Below, in pieces: positions 24,145 through 35,450 of a DNA stretch of 38,279 bases. How positions within the stretch are numbered: position 1 is the first letter of the stretch; each line of letters opens with the position of its first letter. The stretch is taken from contig NMRA01000985.1 of NCBI GenBank assembly GCA_002633005.1, positions 39,728-78,006 of the forward strand, read 5' to 3'. Position numbers and translations under genes: made by a program. The notes beneath the pieces were generated by a model that saw nothing but the letters and a program-made list of their open reading frames with translations, did not search any database and had not been told where the DNA came from. This DNA comes from Phoronis australis. Taxonomy: Eukaryota > Animalia > Phoronida.

Positions 24145-25670
24145 GTGCGGAACGGTTCTGCTCCCCAAGCAGAATTTTCACTTTTGTTAATTATTGTTAG
24201 GGTAGAAGTTCTCATACTTTTATGTTTTATGCTTGTTGCACGTTAAGATTCGAACATTTCCTGGCTTGTGTTAAGGTTCTACCAAAAGTGGTAAAATGGC
24301 ATAGACAAGATGTCAATTTTCCCCGGGTCTACTTAAGGTAGGTTTCTTCATCACAAACCATTCAGCAAGTTCCTCACTGATTAATCATTGTTCTTGCTGA
24401 CACATTGATATTTTCATGTGTCATTGAGAATAGAATATATTTCAATTTAAATGTGCAAGAAAAATTTTTAAACAATTGTGAGCTCCTCAAAACTATTGTT
24501 TGTGGAACGGTTCCGCAAACTAATTATTGTTAGGATTGTCACATTGATACTTTCAAGTGGCATTGATAATGGAATGCATTTAAAGTTGCTTGGACAAAAA
24601 ATACCCTGCAAAACCATTCTGTTCTGGAAATCACTCCCCATGCGGAATGGTTTGCATGCGGAACGGATCTGCATGCGGAACGGTTCCGCAAGTATCACTT
24701 TTATTAATTAACTATTGTTGGGGTAAAAATTCTGATACTTTTATGTTTAATGCTTGTTCCACATTAAGATTCGTATATTTCGTGGCTTGTGTTAAGGTTC
24801 TACCGAAAGTGGTAAAATGGCATAGACAAGATGTCAATTTTTCCCGCGAGTCTGCTTGAGGTAGATTTCTGCATCACAAATCATTCAGCAAGTTCCCCAC
24901 TGGTTAATCAATGTTCATGTTGACACATTGATATTCTCATATGCTATTGAGAATAGAATATATTTCAAGTGAAATGTGCAAGAAAATTTTTTTTAAAAAT
25001 TGTGAGGATCACAAAAGTATTGTTTGCGGAGCGGTTCCGCAACTGTTACATTGATCAACTTATTACAGTTAGGATTGTCACATCGAAAGTTTTAAGTGGC
25101 ATTGATAATGGAATGCATTTTAAGATGATTGGTGAAAAGAAATACCCCATCAAACCATTTTGTTTGGGAAATTGCTCCCTTTGCAGAACGGTTCCGCATG
25201 CGGAACGGTTCCGCAACTGTCACTTTTATTAATTAAATATTGTTGGGGTAAAAATTCTGATACTTTTATGTTTAATGCTTGTTCCACATTAAGATTCGAA
25301 TATTTCGTGGCTTGTCTTAAGGTTCTACCAAAAGCGGTAAAATGTCATAGACAATATGTCGATTTTTCCCCGAGTCTGCTTGAGGTAGGTTTTTGCATCA
25401 CAAACCATTCAGCAAGTTCCCCACTGATTAATCATTGCTCATGTTGACACATTGATATTTCCATATGCTTTTGAGAATAGAGCATATTTTAACTGAAATG
25501 TGCAAGAAAATTTTTTTTAAAACTTGTGAGGATCACAGAAGTATTGTTTGCGGAACGGTTCCGTATGCGGAACGGTTCCGCAACTGTCACATTGGTCAAC
25601 TAATTACAGTTAGGATTGTCACATTGATACTTTCAAGTGGCATTGATAATGTAATGCATTTTAAGAGCAT
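24145..25670. repeat. ~520-bp tandem repeat x3 containing GCGGAAC-G-GTTCCGC palindromes
   Basis: Homologous blocks start at ~24191, 24711 and 25237 (TATTGTT(A/G)GGGTA(G/A)AA...); repeated pseudo-ORFs in the ORF track. Confidence 0.92.
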
Positions 25671-25699
25671 TTGTGAAATCAAATATCCAGCAATGCAGT

Positions 25700-26549
25700 A
25701 AGAGCGCTCAACAAAGGAACAGCGCTATCAGAAAATCTCACATAATTCGAAAAGTAGACGTTATAGCGAAAAATGGAAAACATCTTTGAATTCTGAAAGC
25801 CCGTTCCAAACTCTATCCAAATTGATAGTTTCGCAACATTTCATAATTTTTTCGAAAAAATTGAAATTTTGTGTTTTTTGAAATTCAAAGTCAAACAACT
25901 CGAAATCGGTAAGTCTGAGAAAAACGTTATCCTAGAACTTTTGAAAGAGCATACTTCAAGGAATCCACATGCAAAAATTCACGTCATTTGCTCTTCCCAT
26001 TAAAAATGCGACAGCAGAACGATTGAAAATGGGTGAAAATGCGTCAGAGCCGCCAGCTTGAAAGTGACTTCCAGTTAAACAAAATTTTATAAAAGCTGAT
26101 CAATAGCAACAAACACGTGACCAGTTTGAAAGTGATTGGTTCGCCAATGCGCCCTCTACAGGAGAAAATGTTTTTGGCCAGATATCGAGGTGCGCATGCG
26201 CCATTGTCAATATTTCTGCCATCTTTAACCGGTAGTTAACGTTTTTCGGCACAGTTGTTGCACATGTATTCTACAATAATCGTACCAAGTTTCATCTCTG
26301 TACATCAAAAAATGCGGCCTCTATGAGCATTCGAATGTGATATCGGAAAAAAATGGCCACCACGTCCGCCATTTTGAATTCGATCAAGATCAAAAACAAC
26401 AGGCTTCCAGGACTTTTCGATCTACACGTCGTATGAAAATTTCGTGAGAATCGGACGAAAATTGCGACCTGTATAGTGCGAACAAAAAAAAATTGAAGAC
26501 AGAGCAACATACTTGTCGGAATTCGAATAATTCCGCCAAGTAAAAATAC
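25700..26549 (-). mobile_element. Possible second Helentron-type family element
   Basis: Terminal hairpin ACTTGTCGGAATT-CGAAT-AATTCCGCCAAGT followed by AAAAA at ~26511-26546; internal AAAATGGCC...CGCCATTTTGAA motif; other end uncertain. Confidence 0.35.
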
Positions 26550-29070
26550 TGTCAGACTATATTCTGACACACAACAGTTTTGTGTAATTCAGAAGTAGTA
26601 GTATTGACAAGTAAATGAATTCTTTTGCATTGCTCCAGTATTTTTCTTCCCACAAATAGTTACCTTCGCATTTTATATTCTCCGTAGCCCCCCACTGACC
26701 TCTGGGCAGGCCTTTATGCAGCATACGTCCTGGATGTCCATTTGGACGCCCTAGCACTAATCTGGACCCTAGCACTAATCTGGACGCCCTGGCAAGGATG
26801 CCCAATGTATCATTTGGACGTCCACTTTCAATAGGAACCTTTCAAGTATGGACTCGCACATTGCAATGAATACTAGGAAGCCTCTGAAGTGGGGGGACTC
26901 TTTTTTCAAAGCAGGAAGAAATATACAATGTAGATACAAAGTATATACAATGTTGCTATGCTCACACTCAGTTAATAGCATTGTAAAGTCTTGGTCTACA
27001 TTTTTTTTTAAGTAATAATGCTCACTACAGAAAGCTGTTTTGTAAGCTTAGATGTAAAAACCGCTTGGTCTATGCATTTTTTTGTAAAAAAATCTGTGTG
27101 TTTGGGGGGATTGCTGGGGATGGGGGTCTATGCGTCGGAATCATGGATGCACTGGAATATTGGGAACCCTATTTTGGACACCCTATTTTCAAAATCCTGG
27201 ATAAAGGCCTGGCTCTGTTTTATGTGAGATTTACCGGTATTTGTGCAAACAATGTTCACTGATAATGAAAAGTGTTTTATTGTACTTATTTGAAGGTAGT
27301 TTATGGAATTAAGCATTCCTTTTGACAGTGATGTGCCTCTGATGATAGTTTAGTGCTAAGTATGTCTAAGGATTAAGTACAATTGCTATGTTTCATTAGT
27401 ATACTCACACCTTGTGAAGCATACACAAGTGTGAACCTAGTTTTTTATATTGATGTTCAGTGATCAAGTACATGAGTTACCGGAGTAATAAACTTTCTTG
27501 TTCCTAAGCCAGATTTAAGCCTTTTCCAACATGGATGTAACAATACCAATGATGTATTCTCCGTAGCCCACATTTTTTATTTTTGTTATTTCAACAGGCC
27601 AAATCTTAAAAACTAAATCAGGATACTTCATAAAAATTTGACGTGATATTCCCTGTGTCATGTTGAATCCAATAAAAGAAGTCTCAAAGCTGAAATTAAA
27701 ACTTCATAAAATGCCATTTCTGAAACAAAAGCGTGCACCCTGAGTGAAAAAATGCCAATACAATCCTGCTGACAAGTACGCTGCGTCTGTTCTGAAAGGC
27801 CTGACCATAGTGGGACACGTTTCTCTCAAGATCAGCAAAACTTACGTTCTTTTTGAAGCACTGCGGAAGATTGAAGTGAACAGACCCGGTTAAATACCGA
27901 CATAGCGGTGAGGCTCGTGGTCTGGAAATTCCGCGCACAATGATTTTTCAGGACGGTGGGAAATTATTGATAAATTGAAGACATTACTGTGGAATTTTAG
28001 AACTACAGGTAAGGCATTTCTAGCATATGTACACGTTTACAAAATAATTTTGGCTAAAAATGACATTGTGCATTACAATGAGAAATCAGTTCCAAGAAAT
28101 ATGCCATTTCAATTGCTGTGAGCACAAGGATCGGTCTTCCGCCTCCCCCCCCTTTTTTACTCCACAAATTCCTTTGTGCAAACCACACACTATGATCTTT
28201 TGTCTAGACGAATCGTGTAACGGGTGACATCTACTGAATCGGTAGGATCGCACTGCGCCAATGTTTTTTACTGCCGAAGCATCGACACGCTGACCAAACT
28301 GAACCTTAAATTCATGATAAAAACAACACAAGGAGGAGAAAATTTATTCATGTTCATCCGGGAAACAAAATAGTGCTTTTGTGCTCTGAAAATTCGCTCG
28401 CCACCTGGGCAATCGACAAGTCAACTTCTACTCGCCCAGCACCATTTTTACTCGCTTTGGCGAGTGGCTAAGTATATCCCTGCAAGGTGTTGCTTTTTAG
28501 CGAGGTCCAAGCATTACTGAACTTTACACAGAACTTCCAGACAAGAAGGAAAGTGAAATGCAGCAATATCACTTTAGGAATGTAGCAAAGGGCCAGGAGA
28601 AAAGTAATTAACATCAAAGTGTGTAAGGGACAAGATGCCCATTATATTTTTAGCGCAAAAAACACTAGAAATGTCGGCCTATCAGTTTCCAAATGGTTTG
28701 TAAGTGTCTGAAGAAGCCTATCGGAGAAATACTATATTCACTGTACAGGTTGAAGTGTCTTTAGTGACTAGAACACACACTTGGTAAAAATCACACCTGC
28801 CCTTCAAGTACATAGTCAAATAAAGTGGAATCAGGAATCAGAAAAAATAAAGAAATGCAATTGAGGGAACAAAAAAGGCTCGTTTTTCCGAGTGTGCAAG
28901 AAGTTGATGGCACGGCGGGAAACCTCAGTTTGTGTGCTCGATGTGCACAGTGAAAGTGACGTCTTGCCATGATAAAATTGCACCGTTGCTGCAAATTGTG
29001 TTCAAGATTCAACTCTGTAAGCAAACAAACGTGGAAACCAACAGACGTGAAAACGATGAGGTGTTGTGAA

Positions 29071-29373
29071 ACTATGTTTAACATACATTACCTGCATAGC
29101 ACTATGCTTAACATACATTACCTGCATAGCACTATGTTTAACATACATTACCTGCATAGCACTATGTTTAACATACATTACCTGCATAGCACTATGTTTA
29201 ACATACATTACCTGCATAGCACTATGTTTAACATACATTATCTGCATAGCACTATGTTTAACATACATTACCTGCATAGCACTATGTTTAACATACATTA
29301 CCTGCATAGCACTATGTTTAACATAAATTACCTGCATAGCACTATGTTTAACCTACATTATCTGCATAGCACT
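29071..29373. repeat. 30-bp minisatellite x10
   Basis: ACTATGTTTAACATACATTACCTGCATAGC in near-perfect copies; source of ORFs 28969..29391, 29002..29337 and 29066..29326. Confidence 0.98.
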
Positions 29374-29917
29374 TTCGATCAGTCAACATAATAAGAACAG
29401 CAGTTATTTGACATGTATGCATGACTTTGCTTACATTATCAGAAAAACTAGAAATCCAAACAAAAATGAATTCTTTGAAAGTAAGTCAAGAATAATTTAT
29501 TCGAGGTTTCCCAAATTTTCGTCCAGGGGTCTGTTACATGAAAGGCAACTGAAGACTTACGCAAAAAAGTTGGTCTTACACTCCACAGTATTTTTGAAAA
29601 CAATTATAGCTCACGTAAAGGAAAAATGCAGCCTGTGAGAATGCACACACATTACAAGATACTGAGATAACTATTATTATTATTATTTCTAGACTACGGT
29701 GTGCTAATAATAGCTTTCCTGAAACTTTATTCAGAAACTGTGAAGTGGGAACACAGCAGCAAACTTCTCTCAAGTCTTATACGACTTAAAAGTCACTTTT
29801 CAAAAAACACACTGCTGAACAGATTATGCACAGAATGAAGTAAGTCAAATTTTAGCTTGCCTCAACAAAATGCCAAGCTCTCTCTCTCTCTCTCTGTCAG
29901 ACAGTCAGCGCACTCAC

Positions 29918-30065
29918 CCTCAGTCAGAATCATGTGACCATACACTTTGTATTCAGCAACTTTTAAGTCCAACCAAGCCACAAAGCTGTTCATGGAATCG
30001 CCTTTAGCTTGAACAATCAATGAACAGAAGCCGATCCTCAGCTGCTGTGACGTGAGATCTTCCAT
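29918..30065 (-). CDS. C2H2 zinc-finger gene ZNF-B, coding exon 1: uncharacterised N-terminal domain (full model 30065-29918, 20296-19705, 16835-16738, 15529-15348; ~339 aa)
   Basis: MEDLTSQQLRIGFCSLIVQAKGDSMNSFVAWLDLKVAEYKVYGHMILTE; donor GAG G|GTGAGT in phase 1; upstream acceptor at 30105-30106; four exons total 1020 nt and are open to the stop. Confidence 0.85.
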
Positions 30066-31769
30066 ATTGCTGTTTGAAAATAGTGCTTCGTTCTCCAACT
30101 GGCTCTAAAAGAGGTTAAGTTAATATCAGAATGTATTACCGGTACCCAGGGAGTAGAAATCACTTTATGACTGCAATGCACAGTGAACAAACTCCAGTTC
30201 CAGGGACCAGAATCCATGGTTGTTCCTTTAAATTCCAGCTAAGAATTAGAAGTGCAGCCATGGAATCTTGCTTGAGGGGACATTAGCAACCCCTCAGGAA
30301 CAAGAAGTGAAGCTCCGCATCAAGAAATGAAGGAAGATGGCCAATGAAAATGTTGACCATGATCTATGGATATGCCAAACTTGAAAATACATCACGGATC
30401 ACTTTATCTGATTTGTTCAATGAGCATTTCAGTACAATCAGCAGTCATTTGAAGCTTGTGACAAATCCTCCCTTACATTCACAAGCTTCTTGAGACAGTA
30501 TCCAACATGTCACAGCATAGCAGTAGAAAACCAACTCAATGAAGCCAAGATGTCAACAATCAAGAATTAAGCAAAATTAACATGCAATATGGCAACTAGT
30601 CTCAACAAAAAATCAGTATCAGTGACAATAAAGACAATGATACTTGTTTGTACATGCCCACAATTACCAAAGATTCAAGTGGATACTGGATGAAGTGACT
30701 TATGACAGTGAGTATATGCAATACCATAGAGGTACTAAAAGCCTCACTGCGAATAATTATCAGGTAAATAGATAACGTCAAGAAATCAGGGAAGTTACAT
30801 AGCTTGGGTTCTGAAAATGAACAGCACACAACTCTCGTGCGAATCAAACTGGACTTTTGACTTGGCTTTTTCTGTTTAGAGTTTCTGAGAGTGATGGGTC
30901 ACAGACTATATCCACTTGGATACATGTAAGCCAACCGATTTCTCCAGAGAATTATTGGACTTCATACTAATTTCAGATTGGGTCGGGGGGGTCACTTTGA
31001 AAGAGCAGAAAGAAGCTATACAAGTACCAGAAAAACTCATTGTTTCAATTTTTTCATAATTACTCCGAAATTACAGGGAACCCAACATTTTTCAATTTGA
31101 GATACCTGTCCCCCCCATACGCACACACAAAAGTACACGCCACCATTAGCTACATCATAACAAATGCCAAAAGGTATTTCTGAGTCGTTTTGCTTTTTAT
31201 CTTTGCCTGCGGCCAAGGGGAGGCCAACCCACCAAATGTGCAACTGAGTTAGAGTCTAAATGGAATTGTTTCTCAGCTCTCATCTTGTCTGCTCTTGGCT
31301 ACAAAAATTATTTTTAGGTATCATTTTGTATTCGTTAGTCAGTTTACTGATCACTTTATTGTAATTCAGTCTACAAGCGATTTAGTGTACATACTAGTAT
31401 CACATACATATCACACATCCTTCAACGACCTACTCTGTAATGGTAGGCATATTAGTTGGGGTAGTGTCCCATTTGACTAATGACAAATGGTGGGGCCCCA
31501 GTCTTCTCAAGTTTGCAGGTCACTCTCTGCTTGTCATCCTCTTCAAGCTCAACTAAATGTTGCTTGTTGTGTGCACTGAACATTGCACCACAATCACAAA
31601 GAAGGAGTTATAGCCTAGGAATGTTAATATGTTCAACTTATTCAGTAAGTCATTGTCTGCTAAAGGGGCCATTCTTTCCAAAATAGCGCCCATAATGCTT
31701 TGTGTGACCAGTGGCGCCACCCCAGTGAATGATTTACAAACTGTTATCAATAATAAGGTCTATTGGTTT

Positions 31770-32060
31770 GAAACTTAATGCTTGGACCATGTAGCGTGTC
31801 ATGAACAACACAAAAACCAAGCTGTACAAGTTCAAGCTGTCAGTTGACACATGCTTAATCAATGGTGTAGCAAATCCTCTGCCTATTGCGAGACGTGAAT
31901 CTGACATGGATCAACGAAGCTGGAAATGTAATCCCAATCACATCAGACGTGACGGACATTTGCCACATCAGTTGGCAGAGGAACTAAAGAGGCGCAAATT
32001 CACTGGATGTAAATGGCGCTCAAAATTTATGTGTGTGCTTTGCGAGGTGTCTTTGCGTTG
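31770..32060 (+). pseudogene. Degraded piggyBac transposase C-terminal fragment
   Basis: NAWTM*RV...LYKFKLSVDTCLI...HIRRDGHLP...RRKFTGCKWRSKFMCVLCEVSL resembles the piggyBac NAW...F.L.VA..L...R.D..H.P...C..C...C..C.V.LC terminal cysteine-rich region; more decayed remnants may extend upstream to ~30450. Confidence 0.55.
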
Positions 32061-32170
32061 GTCAAGTATAGTGACAACTACCACTGTCACAGTTTAGGTG
32101 TAGTGTAGTAACACTATTTGAAGACAAACACAGTTTAGGTGTAGTGTAGTAACACTGTTTGAAGACAAAC

Positions 32171-33363
32171 TATGGGCAGCGAAAAGGTTCAAAATAGACA
32201 ACACTGCCAAATAAACAAGTGGTTTGACAAACAGACAAGTGGTTTGCTAAACAGACAAGTGATTCGTCAAATAAACAGGTCAAGAATGCTATGGTTTTCC
32301 AAACAGACAAGACAACTTTGCAGATTCTGTCGGATAAACAAGTGCCTACAGTTGAACGAACAAGTAAGTTGGCAAATGATTAAGTAGGTTACCAAACAGA
32401 CAAGTAACCTGGTAGGCTCAACTTGTCGAACAGACAAGTCATTTGTTAAACGAACAAGACAAGCACGGCAAATGAACAGAGGGCGCTACTTGAAAACGAA
32501 TGATGTCATGGAGTCTCAATCTGACTGATCCCCGAACCTGCATTATGATATTTTTATTTTGGGATGAGACAAAAACTGCATGCTGCGGCTTTGCGCCATT
32601 GGACGTTTTGAAGCTGTAGCTGAAAGGTGATCACAAAATAACAAACCTGATCACACATGATTGCAGGTCATAATATTAACGGTTTGACTTCAAATTGGAA
32701 TAACGATTAATTGGCGGGGTGGCCGAAAAAATCTTTGAATACCTGTTTGTGTACGTGGTCGTGAAACAGTTCAATCTACCATTTACTTTTAATCAGCAGC
32801 TTGGTTTAAACAAGCAAATGCATCACGATTCCATAAATTTATTTAAGAATGGTCGATGACAAATTGAGAACAGTCCTATGAACGAATTTCAGTCTTCACT
32901 GCAACAGATCACCAATAACAACTTTTTGGAATTTTTGTGCTCATTGCGGGGATCATGACTTCGTGACGTCAACCGTATTTCTTGAGTTGGAACAGCGCCA
33001 TCCGTCCTGTCTGTTCGACTACTACGTCTGTTTGGCAAGACCAACATGTTCATTCGATGACTAACCTGTCTGTTTGGTAGAAGTGACCTGTTCGTTCGAC
33101 AAGTAACCTGTTCGTTCGGCCCGCGTAACCTGTCTGTTCGGTGCAACTAACTTGTTCGTTCGCTAAATAACCTGTCTGTTTGTCGAAATTTAACCAAATA
33201 ACCTGTCTGTTTGTCGAAATTTAACCAAATAACCTGTCTGTTTGTAGAAATTTAACCAAATAACCTGTCTGTTTGCCAAAACTGAACCAAATAACCTGTC
33301 TGTTTGAAAACTAACTTGTTTATTTGGCAGTGTTGTCTATTTTGAACCTTTTCGCTGCCCATA
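32171..33363. mobile_element. Non-autonomous TIR transposon, IS3EU-like
   Basis: ~49-bp perfect TIR TATGGGCAGCGAAAAGGTTCAAAATAGACAACACTGCCAAATAAACAAG; TAT...ATA termini; 6-bp flanks ACAAAC/ACAAGC (1 mismatch); mirrored subterminal AAACAGACAAG / CTGTCTGTTT arrays. Confidence 0.75.
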
Positions 33364-34358
33364 ACAAGCACTGTTGCTGATGAAATTGCAAACCAGCGAA
33401 CTTGCTCTCACGTGACCTTGGTATATGAACATAGATCATTTCAGCTTGCATGAAGGTTTTTAGCCAACAAGCTATGTGAAATAAAGTTTTCTGTGACAAA
33501 AAACAGTGCTTCCTGTCATTTTGTTTCTTGTGTGAATGTGTCGTTTGGTTCATAATGGTTACTAGAGTGACCATGCCAGTACGCCTTCATTAATTTTTTA
33601 TATCAATATGCAACGCCGAAACAACCCCAATTTACGAAGAAGAGAAAACTTGAAACTTTTCATATACTCATGCAACATAGGGTTGTGGAAGTCGGTTCAG
33701 TTAGAACTTTGTTATCACCTATGGATAGCTTCATGCCAAATTTAAATGAGATCCTGTAAGGAATCTATGATATAACAACACTGGATGTCAGACGCCCAGA
33801 CAGAGGTGATGACAATTATGCACCCAAGTATTAATATGTGGTTCATAGGGCATTCCGAAAACAATTTGCTCAGTTCGCGAGTTCTGCAATTCATGTACAC
33901 CATTTTTTTCATTTTCAACTTTTGCCAACTATGCGTGTTTTGTGGGGTATTTCCTTGTTTTGACGACCTCCTTTACTATTTGGTGACCTGGCATTGTGCC
34001 AATTGGCAAATTAACATTGTCTTAAAGGTGAAGGCAACCTTTTTCCATGTCATTTTGAGCTAAAATAAGGTTGGTTGTTATCCTAGACATATTTTCCACT
34101 TAATTACAGCTTTTCGTAATTTTATAGATTACTCGTCTGCTACTCCGGAAGTGACGTTATAGGAGGCAAGCTTTTCCCGCCACTTGGTTTTGCATTGACT
34201 TTACCGTGCGAATCTGTTCTATTCTACTTTTGTTTTGTGCTGTTTTTCAACAATTGTCGCCACCACTTTCCATCGGCAAGTATTCTGCGGCAAGATAGGT
34301 TAGTAGAGAACTCAACTAGGTTGGATTTAGGGATTGTTTAGTGTGTTGTAAGCTGAAA

Positions 34359-34665
34359 ATGGCTGGACTCGGTGACCCGTATCACAGTGACAGTAGTGTG
34401 AGTGACGGAGACCTTGTTCACAGCAGTGGTGACGAGGAATTTTTTCACGGACATTCAGTGGGTGGGTACATGTTTGAGCCCGAGTATAACGAGGCAGAGT
34501 ACGCACAGGCACAGGCAGCTGTTGAGAGAAACGAGGCGGCTACTGAGGACAGACGTGGTGACACATCTTGATGCAAATGCACTGTGTGCGTTCTTATGCC
34601 TACCTCAATGGAATGCTTGTGCTGTTCAGAGTTCGATGAGGCCAAGCCACTACTGGACATGGTTA
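34359..34665 (+). pseudogene. Kolobok KolX 5' part (related to the P2X7 cytoplasmic C-terminal Cys-rich domain)
   Basis: MAGLGDPYHSDSS...GYMFEPEY...RRGDTS*CKCTVCVLMPTSMECLCCSE; TGA at 34569-34571 replaces the W of the WCxCxxC...ECxCCxE motif. Confidence 0.85.
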
Positions 34666-35450
34666 AGTGGACCTCTGGCATACCACGGACAGAGGAACAA
34701 CTGTCCCACTTGCCAGAGTGTCCCGCGACACACTGCCACTGGATGGTGACCTGAGCACCCAAACTGCTTACATCGTGTCGTGTGACTCCCTCGCCACACA
34801 CCTGGCACCTTCTAAATAGCTCCAACACTTTAGACAAGTCCACATCAAAGTTTGGCTCACCGATCTGTTCACTGGACGACGAACTGTCCTCTTCACTGTG
34901 TGTCAAACTGAGCCTGTAGTCACTCCCACTACTCAATATCGCTGCAGGGCTGCTTAGAGGCTCTGGGCTGGAGAAAACAACACAGAGCGAATCACTACTG
35001 GTTCCAGGAATTGCCCGCTACCTCTGGGGTCCGTAAAGAGGCACGGGTGACAGTAGATGAAGTGCCTCCACTGGCTCCAGTCATGACTGTACTTGCCACA
35101 GCTCGCGAGGCTTCTCGCTTCAAATAGGCACTTCTAGAGGGTGGCGATGGGGCACTGCTGGGAATCAACACAGACGGAATGACAACCTTCTTCAGACGTT
35201 GTTTCGCAGGGACCTTCATCAGTTCAGCGTACAAATCCCTTTCGTAATCGAAGGGCAGAAAGTGCTTGCTACATACACGGTAATTCTCCACTGCTTTGTA
35301 CGTTGCGTGGACGGGTAACGCTGCGTTCTTCACACGAACGAACCAAGTACGGCGAAGTGTGTCATCCATCGGAAAGCGATGCAAAGGTACTCCCAAAGCG
35401 CGCATGAGCCGATTATTAGTATATCCTGGTACGCAGCAACAGTGCGGCAT
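34660..35450 (-). pseudogene. Kolobok transposase 5' part (THAP domain plus Zn-binding motif), frameshifted and truncated before the DDE core
   Basis: THAP MPHCCCVPGYTN...LHRFP...W...RVCSKHF...RLKKVVIPSVL (ORF 34995..35450); +1 frameshift near 35005; then LELFRRCQVCG...GAQVTIQWQCVAGHSGKWDS (ORF 34445..34936). Confidence 0.88.

Larger units (their letters stand above)
20759..28482. mobile_element. Possible hAT-like element ends bracketing a 7.7-kb nest of repeats in ZNF-B intron 1
   Basis: CAGGGATATA (20759-20768) and TATATCCCTG (28473-28482) are inverted; both ends carry GGCGAG/CTCGCC subterminal motifs; no 8-bp TSD is visible. Confidence 0.4.

Noticed and set aside
28791-29084. Cys/His-containing minus-strand ORF as an extra ZNF-B exon
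   Set aside because: No C2H2 spacing, overlaps the minisatellite edge, and is not needed for a phase-consistent gene model
28969-29391. Repetitive His/Cys-rich ORFs (TMFNIHYLHS, LCLTYITCIA)
   Set aside because: Translations of a 30-bp minisatellite that is open in several frames; intronic, with no convincing splice context
34995-35450. THAP ORF as a domesticated host THAP gene
   Set aside because: Lies inside intact TIRs with TSD, has lost a zinc-binding Cys, and its stop results from a frameshift relative to the other copy
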